The notes below the pieces were generated by a model. That model did not search any database. It saw only the letters and a list, made by a program, of their open reading frames with translations, and was not told the DNA's origin. From positions 1 through 43,369 of the forward strand of contig CAMARC010000002.1 in the NCBI GenBank assembly GCA_945860405.1: DNA of 43,369 nucleotides, written 5' to 3'. The position numbers were made by a program, and so were the translations under genes. The number at the start of each line of letters is the position of its first letter. The stretch's first letter is position 1. This document shows, one piece after another, positions 14,516-24,905 of the stretch. The stretch is from Candidatus Kuenenia stuttgartensis (lineage in GTDB: Bacteria > Planctomycetota > Planctomycetia > Pirellulales > UBA1268).

Positions 14516-14730
14516 GCTTGGCCTCGCGGTGGATCGACCGTGGTGTTTGCGGGACCATCAGCCTTACGACCGACAATCCCGGCTCACCAGGAATATTCGT
14601 CCCAATCCCTCCCGCTTCTTTGATCGGACTTTTCAGGATTCCCGAAGAACAGTTCCTTCCCCCCAATTTGCCTCAACGGATAAGATGGAAAAACAGAAGG
14701 ATCCGCCCACGACGCGGAAAGCGACACATC

Positions 14731-17700
14731 ATGCAATCGGTCAACCTCAAACTCCTCATCCTCCTCGCCGTCCTCACCGTCGGCGGCATGGGGGGGGTGT
14801 ATGCGGTCCACGAGTTCCAGGTCTATCGCAACGCTGACAATATTCTCGCCCTCGCCCGAGAGCGTGCCGAGGAGGGTCGATCGGAGGAGGCCGTAGGGCT
14901 CTATGTCCGCTACATGGGGTTGCGGAGCGAAGACAAAGAGGCGCGGGCCGAGTTCGCCAGACTCATGCTCCGGAAGGTGGGGGCGACGAGGGCCTCGAAA
15001 GCGAGCTACGCCCAGGCTTATGACGCCCTGGAAGCGGCCGTCCGGATGAACCCCGATGACGACGATCTCCGCGAGCAGCTCGCCGGATTTCTCTATCGAA
15101 CGGGGAATTACACCGAATCACGCCAGCATTTCGGTCTCATCCGCGATCATCGCCTGACGAATCCGGTCGCCTCGGAGGCCAAGGAAGAGGCCGTCTCGGA
15201 GGGGGAGAAAAAAAGGAAGCCTCCCACCCCCGACCACATCATCAACCTCCGTTACGCAACGTCCTGCGCGGGGATGGGGCGATACGATGAGGCGGCGGAA
15301 GTCGCCTCGAAACTGATCGGCTTCGATCTCGGTACGAAGTCGTTCGACACCTCCTGGGAACCGCTGCCCGACTGTGCCGATGCCTATCTCCTCATCGCCG
15401 AGATCCTCGAGCGACGCTACAACGACACCTCCACCGCCTCGCGAGTGATGCGTCGGCTGCCGGAAGTTTATCCCAACGACAGCAAAGCCTGGTTGTCGAT
15501 GGCGTCTTGGAGTTTTTTCCGCAACGATCTCGCCGCGGCCGGCATCGAGATCGGGCGGGCTGCCCGGCTTGCTCCCGATTCTCCGCAGGTGTTGTTTGCG
15601 GAGTTCGAGATCGCGATGCGGACCAAAGACTACGCACGAGCCACGAAGGTGATGCAGGAAGGTCTGGCTCCCTACGCCGATGACGCCCGCGTGATCCTCG
15701 GAAGAGCCGACCTGGCCAGGGCCAGTGGCGAGCCCGAGACGTCGCTCGATATCCTCGTCAAAGGCGTTGAGACCCTGCCCGAAAATCCGACCATTCGCGG
15801 TCGCATCATTGATCTGCTGTTCGATCTCGGACGCGGCGAAGACTCCATACCGCATGTCGATGCAATGCGCGAACTGGAGGGTGAAGACGATCCCGTCGTC
15901 ACGTGGGCGGATGCACGCCTTCTCATGGAGCGCCAGCAATGGTTGCCGGCATTGGAGAAGCTGAAGTCGCTCCGACCGAACGTGGCGGGTTCCCAGCAAC
16001 TCACCCATGCCGTCGACCTCGCTCTGGCGATCTGCCACCAGGCGCTCGGCCAAGCCGATGAACTTCTTGAGGCGAGCCGACGGGTGCTGGCCGACGAACC
16101 AAACTCCTATCAAGCCCGGGTCGCGCTTGCCACAGCCCACGCCCAGGCCGGGAGAGATGACGAGGCATTGGCGGAATTCGAATCGCTGGCTGCGACTCAG
16201 GCGTTGGAAGATCTCCCGCGGATGCAACTGCTCTGGGCTCCTCTCCTCGACCTCCGCGTCAAGGAGCAACTTCGTCGCCCGGAGCCGGAACGCAATTGGA
16301 AAAAGGTCGACGACCTCGTCGAACTCCTCAGCACTTCCCCGCACATCGGAGATGCCCAAATCGCCTCGATCCGATCGAACGTTTTGCAGCGCCGCGGAGA
16401 CGAATCCGGAGCGGTGGAAATTGCCTCACAGGCGTTCGAAGCCTCGTCGGATGATCCGCTGGTAGCCGCACAGTTCGTGACGCTCCTCCTCGCCAGCCAA
16501 GACATCGAGCGGGCGAGGCAGACCGTCGATCGGCTCAAGCCCGAAGTCCGTCGCGATCCACGGGTGCTCTCCGCTGAGGCCCGGGTTTCCGCCAGCGAAG
16601 GGGGGGAAGCAGGCGAGGCCGGGTTGGCATTGGTCGAGAAAGTGTGCGAGGAGATCCCCAACAAGGATGCGGTTCTCGTCCTTCTCACCGTCATGGGGAT
16701 CCGCATCCAGCAGCGCAGTATTCCGGAGGCTGAACGGATCGCTGCCGTGATCCTCAAGCGGGAGCCTTCGGAGGTCCGCGCTCATGCATCGCTCCTCCAA
16801 ATCGCCATCGACGAAAAAGATGTCGAAAAGCTGTCCGCATACGCCGAACAGATTGGCGACTTGACCGGACGCTCGTCGGCACCGTCGCGAGTGGCCCAGG
16901 CGATGGTGATGATCCTGAAAGTCCAGATCTCGCGGGAAAAGCAACTCGGCGAAGACAAGATGCCCCCGCCATTCTCGGTGGAGGATCGCCAACTCATCGA
17001 GCAAGCACGCAATTTCTTGCTCGAGGCCCAGAACGATCGCCCGGGATGGTTCCAGATCCAGCAGTGCTTTGCGGAGATTGCCGGGATCAGCGGCGACAAT
17101 GCTGCCTGCATCAGTCACCTCCGGAAGGCGATCGAACTGGGGGCCACGAACCCGTCAGTCCAAAGGATGCTCGCAGGAATGTTGCGGCAGGCAGGCAGAC
17201 TCGACGAGGCGGAGGAAGTCATTGGTTCGATGGGCGACGCCGCCGGACTCGGCGCCGCTCGGATCAGGGCTGACATCGACGCCCAAGCGGGCCGATTCGA
17301 CGAGGCCGTGGCCCGCGCCGAAGAAATCACCCCGGCAGACGAATCGAACGTCGATCATCTCCTCTGGTACGCCCGACTGCTCCAGGCCTGTGAAAAGCAG
17401 CCCAGCGCTCTGGAAGTCTTCGTGCGGGCCGCGGAACTCGCCCCCGACAGGCTCGAATGCTGGATCGACCTCATCCGTCAGCAACTCCTGTTGGGTGCCT
17501 CGCAGCAGGCCGATGCCTCGCTCCAACGGGCCACCGCCGTTCTCACCGGGCCCGACAAAGAGATCGTTGCGGCGGTCTTCCACGAGATGCGAAGTGATGC
17601 CGGAAAAGCGGAGGTGGCCTACCGGAATGCGACTCTGGCTGCACCGACCGATCACCGCGTTGCCCGACGATTCGCCGAGTTTCTCCTCCGCCGTGGCCTT

Positions 17701-19110
17701 CTGAATCCGGCCAAGACCGAACTTCTGCGGATCATCGACATGCCCGAAGCAGCTGGCACGACGAGCGTCTATTGGGCCCGCCGCAGGCTCGCCCAGGACT
17801 ACACGAGGAATGCCTCATACCGTGCACTCCAGGAAACTCTCGGTATTCTCCGGAAGAACATCGATGCCGAAGGAAAATTGACCCCGGAGGACATGCGGAT
17901 CGAGTTTGCGATTCTCATGGATCGTGAGGAGCCCGAGTGCTGGAGACAGGCCATCGCGCTCCTCGATGAATTGAAGCGCCGGGGCGAAGTCGAAGCCGAA
18001 CAGCGTGTCCTCCTTGCATGGCTCCAAGACAGACTCGGCAATTGGCTTGAGTCCCGCGAAACGCTCTTCAACATCGCAGCCGAACCGAACTGCCCGCCTG
18101 CCGTGATCGCCACGCTCGTCGAGCAACTCATCGCCCACGGGGAACTCTCTTCCGCCCGCACCTGGGCAGCCAGACTTCGGCAAAATGCGCCAGACGCGCC
18201 GATGACCGTCCGGCTCGACGCCAAACTCGCCATTGCTGCCGACGATCGTGAGGCCGCCGCCGAGGCGGCACGGAAACTCATTCCCCAAGGCCCGACCACC
18301 CCGGAGACCGCCGGATCGATCGGCGCCGTGGCCCAGTTGGTGGAAGAACTCGGCTTCCCGAAGGCGGCCGACAAGCTCTACACGGAATACGCCGAGTTGT
18401 CTGCCGACGGGATCCTGGCTCGGGCAGCTTTCCTCGGGCGCCAACAGCGCACCGAAGAGGCGATCGAGTTCCTCGAGACCGCGTGGGATCGACTGTCTGT
18501 TCTCGATATTCTCGGCACGGGGGTCGGAATCCTCGAAGCCAACGGTGAATCCCCATCCGCGATGGCCGACGAGCGTCTCTTGGAAATGTGCGCGAAGGCC
18601 CGTCGGGCCGATCCGGAATCATTCATGATCGTGATTCTCCAGGGCGCGGTGATGGAGTTGATCGGCAGGTCGGACGAAGCGGTTGCGATCTACCGTGAAC
18701 TCCTCGCGAAACCCGACCTCGATCCGGTTGTCGCCTCGCGGACCAAGAACAACCTGGCGGCGATTCTCATCGGCAGGAAGGAGATCGACGAGGCCCGGCA
18801 GTTGATCGATTCGGCGGTCTCCGAACTCGGCCCGCACCCGACGCTTCTCGATACCCGGGCTCTTGTTTGGCTCGCGCGGGGCGACACCTCGCGTGCGATC
18901 GAGGATCTGAAGGAATCGTTATTGGCCGCTTCGGCCACGACCCATCTCCACATGGCGCTGGCCGCCTACGATGCGCGGATGACCACGGAGTCCCGAGCCG
19001 CCCTGATCAACGCCGAAAAGAAGGGGCTTCGAACCGGACGGCTCACCAAGGTCGACCGGGAACGCCTCGCCACCCTCGACAAAGCGCTCGCCGAGCAGGT
19101 TGACAAGTAG
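14731..19110 (+). CDS. Giant TPR-repeat protein with an N-terminal membrane anchor, 1459 aa
   Basis: ORF 14476..19110. The preferred start is the ATG at 14731 (MQSVNLKLLILLAVLTVGGMGGVYAV, a TM helix). The rest is helical, Ala/Leu/Arg/Glu-rich, with many TPR-like repeats (e.g. AVGLYVRYMGLRSEDKEARAEFARLML, AIYRELLAKPDLDPVVASRTKNNLAAIL). No catalytic motif seen. Confidence 0.75.
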   Translation: MQSVNLKLLILLAVLTVGGMGGVYAVHEFQVYRNADNILALARERAEEGRSEEAVGLYVRYMGLRSEDKEARAEFARLMLRKVGATRASKASYAQAYDALEAAVRMNPDDDDLREQLAGFLYRTGNYTESRQHFGLIRDHRLTNPVASEAKEEAVSEGEKKRKPPTPDHIINLRYATSCAGMGRYDEAAEVASKLIGFDLGTKSFDTSWEPLPDCADAYLLIAEILERRYNDTSTASRVMRRLPEVYPNDSKAWLSMASWSFFRNDLAAAGIEIGRAARLAPDSPQVLFAEFEIAMRTKDYARATKVMQEGLAPYADDARVILGRADLARASGEPETSLDILVKGVETLPENPTIRGRIIDLLFDLGRGEDSIPHVDAMRELEGEDDPVVTWADARLLMERQQWLPALEKLKSLRPNVAGSQQLTHAVDLALAICHQALGQADELLEASRRVLADEPNSYQARVALATAHAQAGRDDEALAEFESLAATQALEDLPRMQLLWAPLLDLRVKEQLRRPEPERNWKKVDDLVELLSTSPHIGDAQIASIRSNVLQRRGDESGAVEIASQAFEASSDDPLVAAQFVTLLLASQDIERARQTVDRLKPEVRRDPRVLSAEARVSASEGGEAGEAGLALVEKVCEEIPNKDAVLVLLTVMGIRIQQRSIPEAERIAAVILKREPSEVRAHASLLQIAIDEKDVEKLSAYAEQIGDLTGRSSAPSRVAQAMVMILKVQISREKQLGEDKMPPPFSVEDRQLIEQARNFLLEAQNDRPGWFQIQQCFAEIAGISGDNAACISHLRKAIELGATNPSVQRMLAGMLRQAGRLDEAEEVIGSMGDAAGLGAARIRADIDAQAGRFDEAVARAEEITPADESNVDHLLWYARLLQACEKQPSALEVFVRAAELAPDRLECWIDLIRQQLLLGASQQADASLQRATAVLTGPDKEIVAAVFHEMRSDAGKAEVAYRNATLAAPTDHRVARRFAEFLLRRGLLNPAKTELLRIIDMPEAAGTTSVYWARRRLAQDYTRNASYRALQETLGILRKNIDAEGKLTPEDMRIEFAILMDREEPECWRQAIALLDELKRRGEVEAEQRVLLAWLQDRLGNWLESRETLFNIAAEPNCPPAVIATLVEQLIAHGELSSARTWAARLRQNAPDAPMTVRLDAKLAIAADDREAAAEAARKLIPQGPTTPETAGSIGAVAQLVEELGFPKAADKLYTEYAELSADGILARAAFLGRQQRTEEAIEFLETAWDRLSVLDILGTGVGILEANGESPSAMADERLLEMCAKARRADPESFMIVILQGAVMELIGRSDEAVAIYRELLAKPDLDPVVASRTKNNLAAILIGRKEIDEARQLIDSAVSELGPHPTLLDTRALVWLARGDTSRAIEDLKESLLAASATTHLHMALAAYDARMTTESRAALINAEKKGLRTGRLTKVDRERLATLDKALAEQVDK

Positions 19111-19168
19111 CCGGTGCGCGGAGGCAGTTGGGCACGTCCCCAAAGGGCAGTGTCAACTCGGCTTCCTG

Positions 19169-19483
19169 CTATCGCCCCTGCATGGCCCGGGAGCGAGCCA
19201 GCGCGTCCTCGGCCTCGGCGATCTTCCCGGCTCGCATGCAGGCAACGCTCAGTGCCGTGTAGCTGAACGGGTCGTTTGGCTCGAGCTCACAGGCACGACG
19301 TGCGTGCCTGACGGCGTCTTCGTGACGCTCGAGGCGGGTGCACCAAGCGGCGAGTGCTGAATGGGCCAACGCGAAATCTGGGTGGTCAGCCACCACCGCT
19401 TCGAGTTCTGCCACGGCTTCCGCCAGCCGTCCGGAGTCCTTCGTGGCGTGGGCGGCATCATAGCGTTCGTCGCGAGTCGTCAT
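19169..19483 (-). CDS. Small TPR-like protein, 104 aa
   Basis: ATG start. GRLAEAVAELEAVVADHPDFALAHSALAAWCTRLERHEDAVRHARRACELEPNDPFSYTALSVACMRAGKIAEAEDAL reads as about 2-3 TPR units. Convergent with the giant TPR gene. Confidence 0.6.
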   Translation of the reverse strand: MTTRDERYDAAHATKDSGRLAEAVAELEAVVADHPDFALAHSALAAWCTRLERHEDAVRHARRACELEPNDPFSYTALSVACMRAGKIAEAEDALARSRAMQGR

Positions 19484-19951
19484 CCCTCTTCCCTCCTCGG
19501 TTCGCCTGAAGTGCGTCTCAGGCCCAATCTTCCACGTCGTCCATTTCGGCGGCGGGTCTCCCCAGTCTAGCCTTCGGCAGAAAAAATCCTTGTCCGACGT
19601 TTTCCTCGTCCATACCCGCCACCATCAGCCGCGTCGCTGCTCCTGTGAGTTCCGGCCATCAGGCCGATTCCGAAGGCCCCGGCAGCCCATCTGGCGAACC
19701 GGGGGACCTGCGGCCAAAGGCGGGATCGGGGGAATCTGGACGAGCTGGGAAGCCGCTCTTCTCCGGTTGAAAATGCCATTGAATCCTCGCCCGCAGGAAG
19801 ACGATAACCCTGCGGATTCATTCGGACTTCACGGACTGCCGCGACAGATGACGACGGCCTGCCGTTCGTTCGAACCCCGACGGGATCGGGCCCACCGCTC
19901 GATCGATCCCGGTCTTACGTCCCGAGCTGCTCCCGATCTGGAAGGCACGCC

Positions 19952-20809
19952 GTGAGCATTCATCCGTTGGCTGCCGTGAGCCCCGAGGCAAGGCTTGGCG
20001 CGGGCGTCAAGATCGGCGCTTTCGCTTCGGTGGAGGCCGGGGTCGAACTGGGGGACCACTGCCTCGTCGCCTCGGGCGCCGTGATCAAGGCAGGCGTCAC
20101 CGCCGGTTGCCACAACGAGTTCTGCGAGCATTCGGTCATCGGCGGCGCACCGCAGCACGTGGCCAGGCCGGCCGATGTCGGGCGCGTCATCATCGGTGAC
20201 CACAACGTCTTTCGCGAGCACGTCACAGTTCATCGCGGGCTCAAGCCAGGCTGCGACACCATCGTCGGAAGTAGCAATTACGTCATGGCGGGGGGTCACT
20301 TCGGCCACGATTCCCTGGTCGGCAACAGCTGCATCTTCGCCAACGGCAGCATGCTCGGGGGCCATGTCCAAATCGAGGACAAAGCGTTCGTTTCCGGCGC
20401 CGTCGCGATCCACCAATTCTGCCGCGTGGGCCGTTTGGCCATGGTCGGTGGCCATGCGCGAGTCACGCAGGACATCCCCCCGTACATGCTCGTTGATGGC
20501 CAGAGTGGATGCATCGTGGGCCTCAACGTCGTCGGGCTGCGACGAAGTGGGCACACCGCGGAAGACATTGCTGATCTCAAGAACGCCTACCGCATCATCT
20601 ATCGTCGCGGTCTTTCCTGGCAGGAAGTGCTGGAAACGCTGCGGACGGAGTTCCGTGCGGGCCCGGTTCTCCACCTGCGGGATTTCCTCGGCTCTGGCAA
20701 GCGGGGATTCACGCAGGAACGTCGTGCCCCTCCCAATGCCACCCTCCGCCTCCGCGTCGCCGATGACGCTCCGGTGGTGGCACCGGCCCTCCGCTCCAAG
20801 GCCGGCTGA
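19952..20809 (+). CDS. lpxA: Acyl-ACP--UDP-N-acetylglucosamine O-acyltransferase, 285 aa
   Basis: GTG start. Left-handed beta-helix hexapeptide repeats followed by the LpxA-specific C-terminal region: AIHQFCRVGRLAMVGGHARVTQDIPPYMLVDG...GLNVVGLRRSGHTAEDIADLKNAYRIIYRRGLS. This is collinear with E. coli LpxA as I remember it. Confidence 0.9.
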   Translation: MSIHPLAAVSPEARLGAGVKIGAFASVEAGVELGDHCLVASGAVIKAGVTAGCHNEFCEHSVIGGAPQHVARPADVGRVIIGDHNVFREHVTVHRGLKPGCDTIVGSSNYVMAGGHFGHDSLVGNSCIFANGSMLGGHVQIEDKAFVSGAVAIHQFCRVGRLAMVGGHARVTQDIPPYMLVDGQSGCIVGLNVVGLRRSGHTAEDIADLKNAYRIIYRRGLSWQEVLETLRTEFRAGPVLHLRDFLGSGKRGFTQERRAPPNATLRLRVADDAPVVAPALRSKAG

Positions 20810-20822
20810 GTCGCAGTCGATC

Positions 20823-20848
20823 TCCGACCCCGTGGGGTCGGATTTCTC
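20823..20848 (+). terminator. Rho-independent-type terminator hairpin after lpxA
   Basis: tccgaccc-cgtg-gggtcgga (8-bp stem, 4-nt loop) followed by tttctc, 14 nt after the lpxA stop. Confidence 0.55.
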
Positions 20849-21033
20849 GGCTGCGGCGCGGAAGGGGCAGATGGAGTGGCTTTTTCTGCGGGGTCCGAGG
20901 GGCCCTTTCCGCGGTAAATCGGCGATTCCCGGGAAATCCATTTCCGCTGGGTCGCGTGGCCTGAAAAGATGGGCAAAGATTGACGGAGGCGGAGAGTCTC
21001 CGTTGCCCGTCACCGCACGCGCCCACGGCCACC

Positions 21034-22377
21034 ATGTCCCGACGGCAATCAGATCCAACGAACGCCCGGCTCGGCGCGTCGCCCTTCCCGTCGCCCAGGC
21101 AATCCAACTGGCCGTGGATCCTCGGCGCCGTCGCATTGACTGCCCTCGGCGGATGGTGGATCGGCCAATGGCTCGGCGAACGCGCGCCGATCGTTGTGGG
21201 GATCCTCCACTCGCGATCCGGGCCGACGGCCGCTCAGGAACGCCCCCTCATCGACGCCGAGGTGATGGCCCTCGAGGACATCAACAGGGCCGGGGGGCTG
21301 CTGGGGCGAAAGATCCGTTGGGTGATCGCCGACGGCGGGACTGACGGCAACTCCTTCGCCCGGCAGGCGGAACGGCTCATTCGGGACGACCGGGTCGACG
21401 TCATCGTCGGATGTTGGTCGACGGCGAGCCGGCGGTCCGTGGTGCCTGTCGTCGAGGCGAACGACCACCTCCTCCTCCACCCGAACCGCCACGAGGGCTT
21501 CGAGGAATCGCCGAACGTCGTCTCGATCGGCCCGTTGCCGAACCAGCAGATCGCTCCGGCTGTGGCCTGGTGCCAGGAGGCAATGTCGGCCCGCCGCTTC
21601 TTCCTCATCGGGACCGACGATCCATGGTCGAGAGCGGCGGGAGCGTTTCTCGGAGACCAACTCGCCGGCATCGGTGCCGCGCTCGTCGGGGAGGAGTATC
21701 TGCCGGCCGGGAGCCTCGACGTGGTGTCGACGATCCAGGCGATCGGCGTCTCGAACCCCGACGTCGTGTTCAGCCTCCTCGGCGGCGATTCGACCGCCGC
21801 GTTGCTCCGCCAACTCCGTGAGGCTGGGGTCCGCCCCGCCGATCTTCCCGTGATGATGTTCACCGTCAGCGAGGATGAGCTTCAAGCCATGCCTCGCGAT
21901 GACGTCGCGCTGAACTACGTCGTCGCGGGCTCTTTTCAAGGCAAGGATCGGGCCACCGATCAGGCATTCACCAGCACGTTCACAACGAGCACCGAAAAAG
22001 AACGTCCCAGGTCGGAGCAAGCCATGGCCGCTTATGGGGCCGTTCGCCTCTGGGCGGAGGCGGTCAAGGAAGCCGGCTCCGCCGACGCATCGACCGTGCG
22101 TTCGACGATCAGCCATCAAACGCTGCCGAGCCCGGAGGGCGTGATCGCCGTCGATCCGGACAGCCGCCATGCTTGGCGCAATCTCGCTGTGGGCCGAATC
22201 CGTTCGGACGGCCAAGTTGACACGCTCTGGTCGACACGGGGACCGACACGCCCGACGCCGTTCCCGGCGACGCGGACCCGCCCCGAATGGACCAAGTTTC
22301 TGGTGACGGTCCAACGGCAGAAGGCCCAGCGACGTGCGGTCCCGGCGTCCGAGCCCCGATCGGGGGCGACACCATGA
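21034..22377 (+). CDS. Membrane-anchored type-1 periplasmic solute-binding protein, AmiC/UrtA (amide/urea-binding) family, ~447 aa
   Basis: ORF 20980..22377 opens with a TTG. I prefer the ATG at 21034 (MSRRQSD...). TM/signal anchor [22 protein letters not shown]. The motifs [90 protein letters not shown] and [11 protein letters not shown] are collinear with P. aeruginosa AmiC/UrtA as I recall them. The stop overlaps the MCP start (ATGA at 22374-22377). Confidence 0.8.
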   Translation: MSRRQSDPTNARLGASPFPSPRQSNWPWILGAVALTALGGWWIGQWLGERAPIVVGILHSRSGPTAAQERPLIDAEVMALEDINRAGGLLGRKIRWVIADGGTDGNSFARQAERLIRDDRVDVIVGCWSTASRRSVVPVVEANDHLLLHPNRHEGFEESPNVVSIGPLPNQQIAPAVAWCQEAMSARRFFLIGTDDPWSRAAGAFLGDQLAGIGAALVGEEYLPAGSLDVVSTIQAIGVSNPDVVFSLLGGDSTAALLRQLREAGVRPADLPVMMFTVSEDELQAMPRDDVALNYVVAGSFQGKDRATDQAFTSTFTTSTEKERPRSEQAMAAYGAVRLWAEAVKEAGSADASTVRSTISHQTLPSPEGVIAVDPDSRHAWRNLAVGRIRSDGQVDTLWSTRGPTRPTPFPATRTRPEWTKFLVTVQRQKAQRRAVPASEPRSGATP

Positions 22378-24371
22378 GTTCCCCGCGCACCCCGCTGGCC
22401 GTGAACACCGCGAGGCGGTCGATCGTCGGTAGGCTCCTCTTCTGGTTCCTCATCATCGCCCTTGTGCCCTGCGCGATCCTCACGGCGACGACCGCCCGAC
22501 TGGCCACCCGGACGATGGAGGATTCCGTCCATGCCAGTCTCTCCCGGATCGCGGCCACGAAGGCGGCCGAACTCGAGAACGACGCGGCCGAAAGGATCCG
22601 TGATGTCACCGCCCTCTGCCGGGCGCCGGACCTCGTCCGAGCCATCCGTCAGACCGGCGGCGGATCGGACGATGCCACCAGCGGAAGCGGGTACCTCGAT
22701 GCCCTTGCCTCCTCGATGGCCTTCTCCCATGCCATCCTTGTCGACGCCGACGGACGCATCGTCCACTCCGGGGACGATCTCCTTCCGGAGGGCGCCTCGT
22801 TGCTCACCGGAGGGTTGGCAACGTCGGAACTCGCCTCCGGCTTCGCCCGGGCCCGCTCGCTCCTCCAAGCCGATCTCACCGGCTTCCAGACGTACGGATC
22901 GTCCCAGCGCCCGCTGGCCTTCGCAGTCGGCCCGATCCTCGACGGAGGCCGGGTGGTGGGGGTCCTGGCGTTGGGCTTCGGAACCGAGCGGATCTTCTCA
23001 ACGCTCGACGCTTTCACCGGACTCGGCAAGACCGGGGAGATCGTCGTCGGACTCCGCTCCGGCGACGACATCCTCGTCACTGCCCCCATCAGACACGTGC
23101 CAGACGCCGCGTTCCGGATGCGGATCCCCGCCACCGTCAATCGCGGGACGGCCCTCCCGGCCGCCGCTGCGGGAGAACGTGGTGAGGGAATCATCACCGA
23201 TTACCGCGGAAACCGGGTCGTCGCAGCGTGGTGCCATCTTCCCAGCTACCGTTGGGGGATGACGGTAAAGCAGGATGCCAGAGAGGCCTTCTCGCTCGTC
23301 GATTTCCAACGGGCCCTGGTCGTCGGACTGTCCCTCGCAACCATCGCCGGAGTGTCTCTGGCGGCATTCGTCGTCGCGCGAACGATCTCCAATCCGATCC
23401 GCACAGCGGTCCACATCGCCAGGCAAGTGGCAGCTGGCGATCTGCGGGGGAATGTCGTCGGCCACTCCGACGATGAGACCGGCGCCCTCCTGACGGCGAT
23501 CCAGACGATGACAAACGATCTGCGCGGCCTCATCGGCCGGATCCAGAAGTCCTCGGTGGCCTTGATCTCGACGGCCACGGCGATGCAGGCAACGAGTGCC
23601 GAGCAGCAGCAGGTAATCGCCGACTACGGCGCCTCGACGAGCCAGGCCGTAGCGGCGGTGAAGCAGATCACCGTCACCAGCCAGGAACTGGTTCGGACGA
23701 TGACGGAGGTCAATGACATGGCCGCCCACACCGGGGACATGGCAGCCGGTGGCCGGGACAATCTCGCCAGCATGGACGGCACCATGCGTCACCTCGCCGA
23801 CAGCACGACCTCCTTCAGCGCGAAGCTCGCCGTCATCAGCGAACGGGCAGCTCACATCAACCTCGCCGTGACCACGATCGCGAAGGTGGCCGACCAGACG
23901 AATCTGCTGTCGATCAACGCTGCCATCGAAGCAGAGAAGGCCGGGGAATACGGCCTCGGCTTCCTCGTCGTGGCCCGGGAGATCCGTCGGCTCGCCGACC
24001 AGACCGCCGTGGCATCGCTCGACATCGAGCGGATGGTCAAGGAGATGCAAAATGCCGTGTCGGCGGGCGTCATGGAGATGGACAAGTTCAGCGAACAGGT
24101 GCGGGGCGGCGTCAGCGAGATCGGCGAGATCTCGGCCCGACTCGGCGACATCATCTCCGCCGTACAGGGAATCTCCGGACGCTTCGGTCAGGTCACCGAG
24201 GGGATGAGGGCGCAATCGCAGGGAGCCGAACAGATCCGCGAGGCGATGGTCCGGCTGGCCGAAGGGGCAGCGCGGACGGCGGAATCGCTCAATGATTTCA
24301 ACGGCGCCACGATCCACCTCCGCGAGGCGGTTGGCGACCTCAAGGAGGAGGTGTCCAGGTTCACGATCTGA
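22374..24371 (+). CDS. Methyl-accepting chemotaxis protein with a Cache-like periplasmic sensor and HAMP domain, 665 aa (WspA position)
   Basis: Start at MSSPRTP (ATG at 22374). Two TM helices ([18 protein letters not shown] and [21 protein letters not shown]) flank ~300 aa with Cache-type signatures ([49 protein letters not shown]). A HAMP domain follows. Conserved signalling hairpin [44 protein letters not shown]. Confidence 0.92.
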   Translation: MSSPRTPLAVNTARRSIVGRLLFWFLIIALVPCAILTATTARLATRTMEDSVHASLSRIAATKAAELENDAAERIRDVTALCRAPDLVRAIRQTGGGSDDATSGSGYLDALASSMAFSHAILVDADGRIVHSGDDLLPEGASLLTGGLATSELASGFARARSLLQADLTGFQTYGSSQRPLAFAVGPILDGGRVVGVLALGFGTERIFSTLDAFTGLGKTGEIVVGLRSGDDILVTAPIRHVPDAAFRMRIPATVNRGTALPAAAAGERGEGIITDYRGNRVVAAWCHLPSYRWGMTVKQDAREAFSLVDFQRALVVGLSLATIAGVSLAAFVVARTISNPIRTAVHIARQVAAGDLRGNVVGHSDDETGALLTAIQTMTNDLRGLIGRIQKSSVALISTATAMQATSAEQQQVIADYGASTSQAVAAVKQITVTSQELVRTMTEVNDMAAHTGDMAAGGRDNLASMDGTMRHLADSTTSFSAKLAVISERAAHINLAVTTIAKVADQTNLLSINAAIEAEKAGEYGLGFLVVAREIRRLADQTAVASLDIERMVKEMQNAVSAGVMEMDKFSEQVRGGVSEIGEISARLGDIISAVQGISGRFGQVTEGMRAQSQGAEQIREAMVRLAEGAARTAESLNDFNGATIHLREAVGDLKEEVSRFTI

Positions 24372-24413
24372 TCGCCATCCGTCACCCTTGCGCGATCTCC
24401 GGGCCCCGCCGCC

Positions 24414-24905
24414 ATGCAACTCCTCACCTTCACCGCCGGCGGACAGACCTACGCCATCGAGGCCACGTGCGTCGTGGAGGTGCTGCCGGCCGTGCCGGCC
24501 CGCGTGGTCCCCAGGCTGCCCGACTACGTCCTCGGGGTGGTCGGTTACCGGGGAAGGCTGATCCCGGTCATCGACCTGGCCAAGCGGCTCACCGACGAGT
24601 TCTCGGCCCGCCGGTTGAGCACGAGGCTGCTGGTGGTCGAGTTTCCCTGGAGGGAAGGGTCGGAGTCCTCGCGACCGTCGCCGAAGGCCCGGTTGGGGAT
24701 CGTGGCCGAGAACATGGTCTCGACGCTCAGGTCGGACGACGTCGATATGGTTTTTCCGACGATGCACCTGGAAAGTTCCCCGTATTTAGGGAGAATCCTT
24801 CGACTGAACGGGCAGACGGTACACATGCTGATCGTCGAGAATCTCCTCCCGGCAGAACTCGCCTCGGGCTTGTTCGCGGCTGCCCCGGAGCCGCCATTGC
24901 CATGA
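24414..24905 (+). CDS. cheW: CheW-like coupling protein, 163 aa (WspB position)
   Basis: MQLLTFTAGGQTYAIEATCVVEVLPAVPARVVPRLPDYVLGVVGYRGRLIPVIDLAKRL is a typical CheW domain. The stop overlaps the cheR start (ATGA at 24902-24905). Confidence 0.88.
   Translation: MQLLTFTAGGQTYAIEATCVVEVLPAVPARVVPRLPDYVLGVVGYRGRLIPVIDLAKRLTDEFSARRLSTRLLVVEFPWREGSESSRPSPKARLGIVAENMVSTLRSDDVDMVFPTMHLESSPYLGRILRLNGQTVHMLIVENLLPAELASGLFAAAPEPPLP

Noticed and set aside
19860-19885. A GGTTCGAAC T-loop-like sequence on the minus strand, suggesting a tRNA or tmRNA.
   Set aside because: No 5-bp T stem can be formed around it, and no acceptor or anticodon arms can be built from the flanks.
19829-21136. 435-aa minus-strand ORF.
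   Set aside because: Antisense to lpxA, which is unambiguous. No motifs.
22998-24767. 589-aa minus-strand ORF.
   Set aside because: Antisense to the MCP and CheW genes. Arg/Gly/Asp-rich with no domain.
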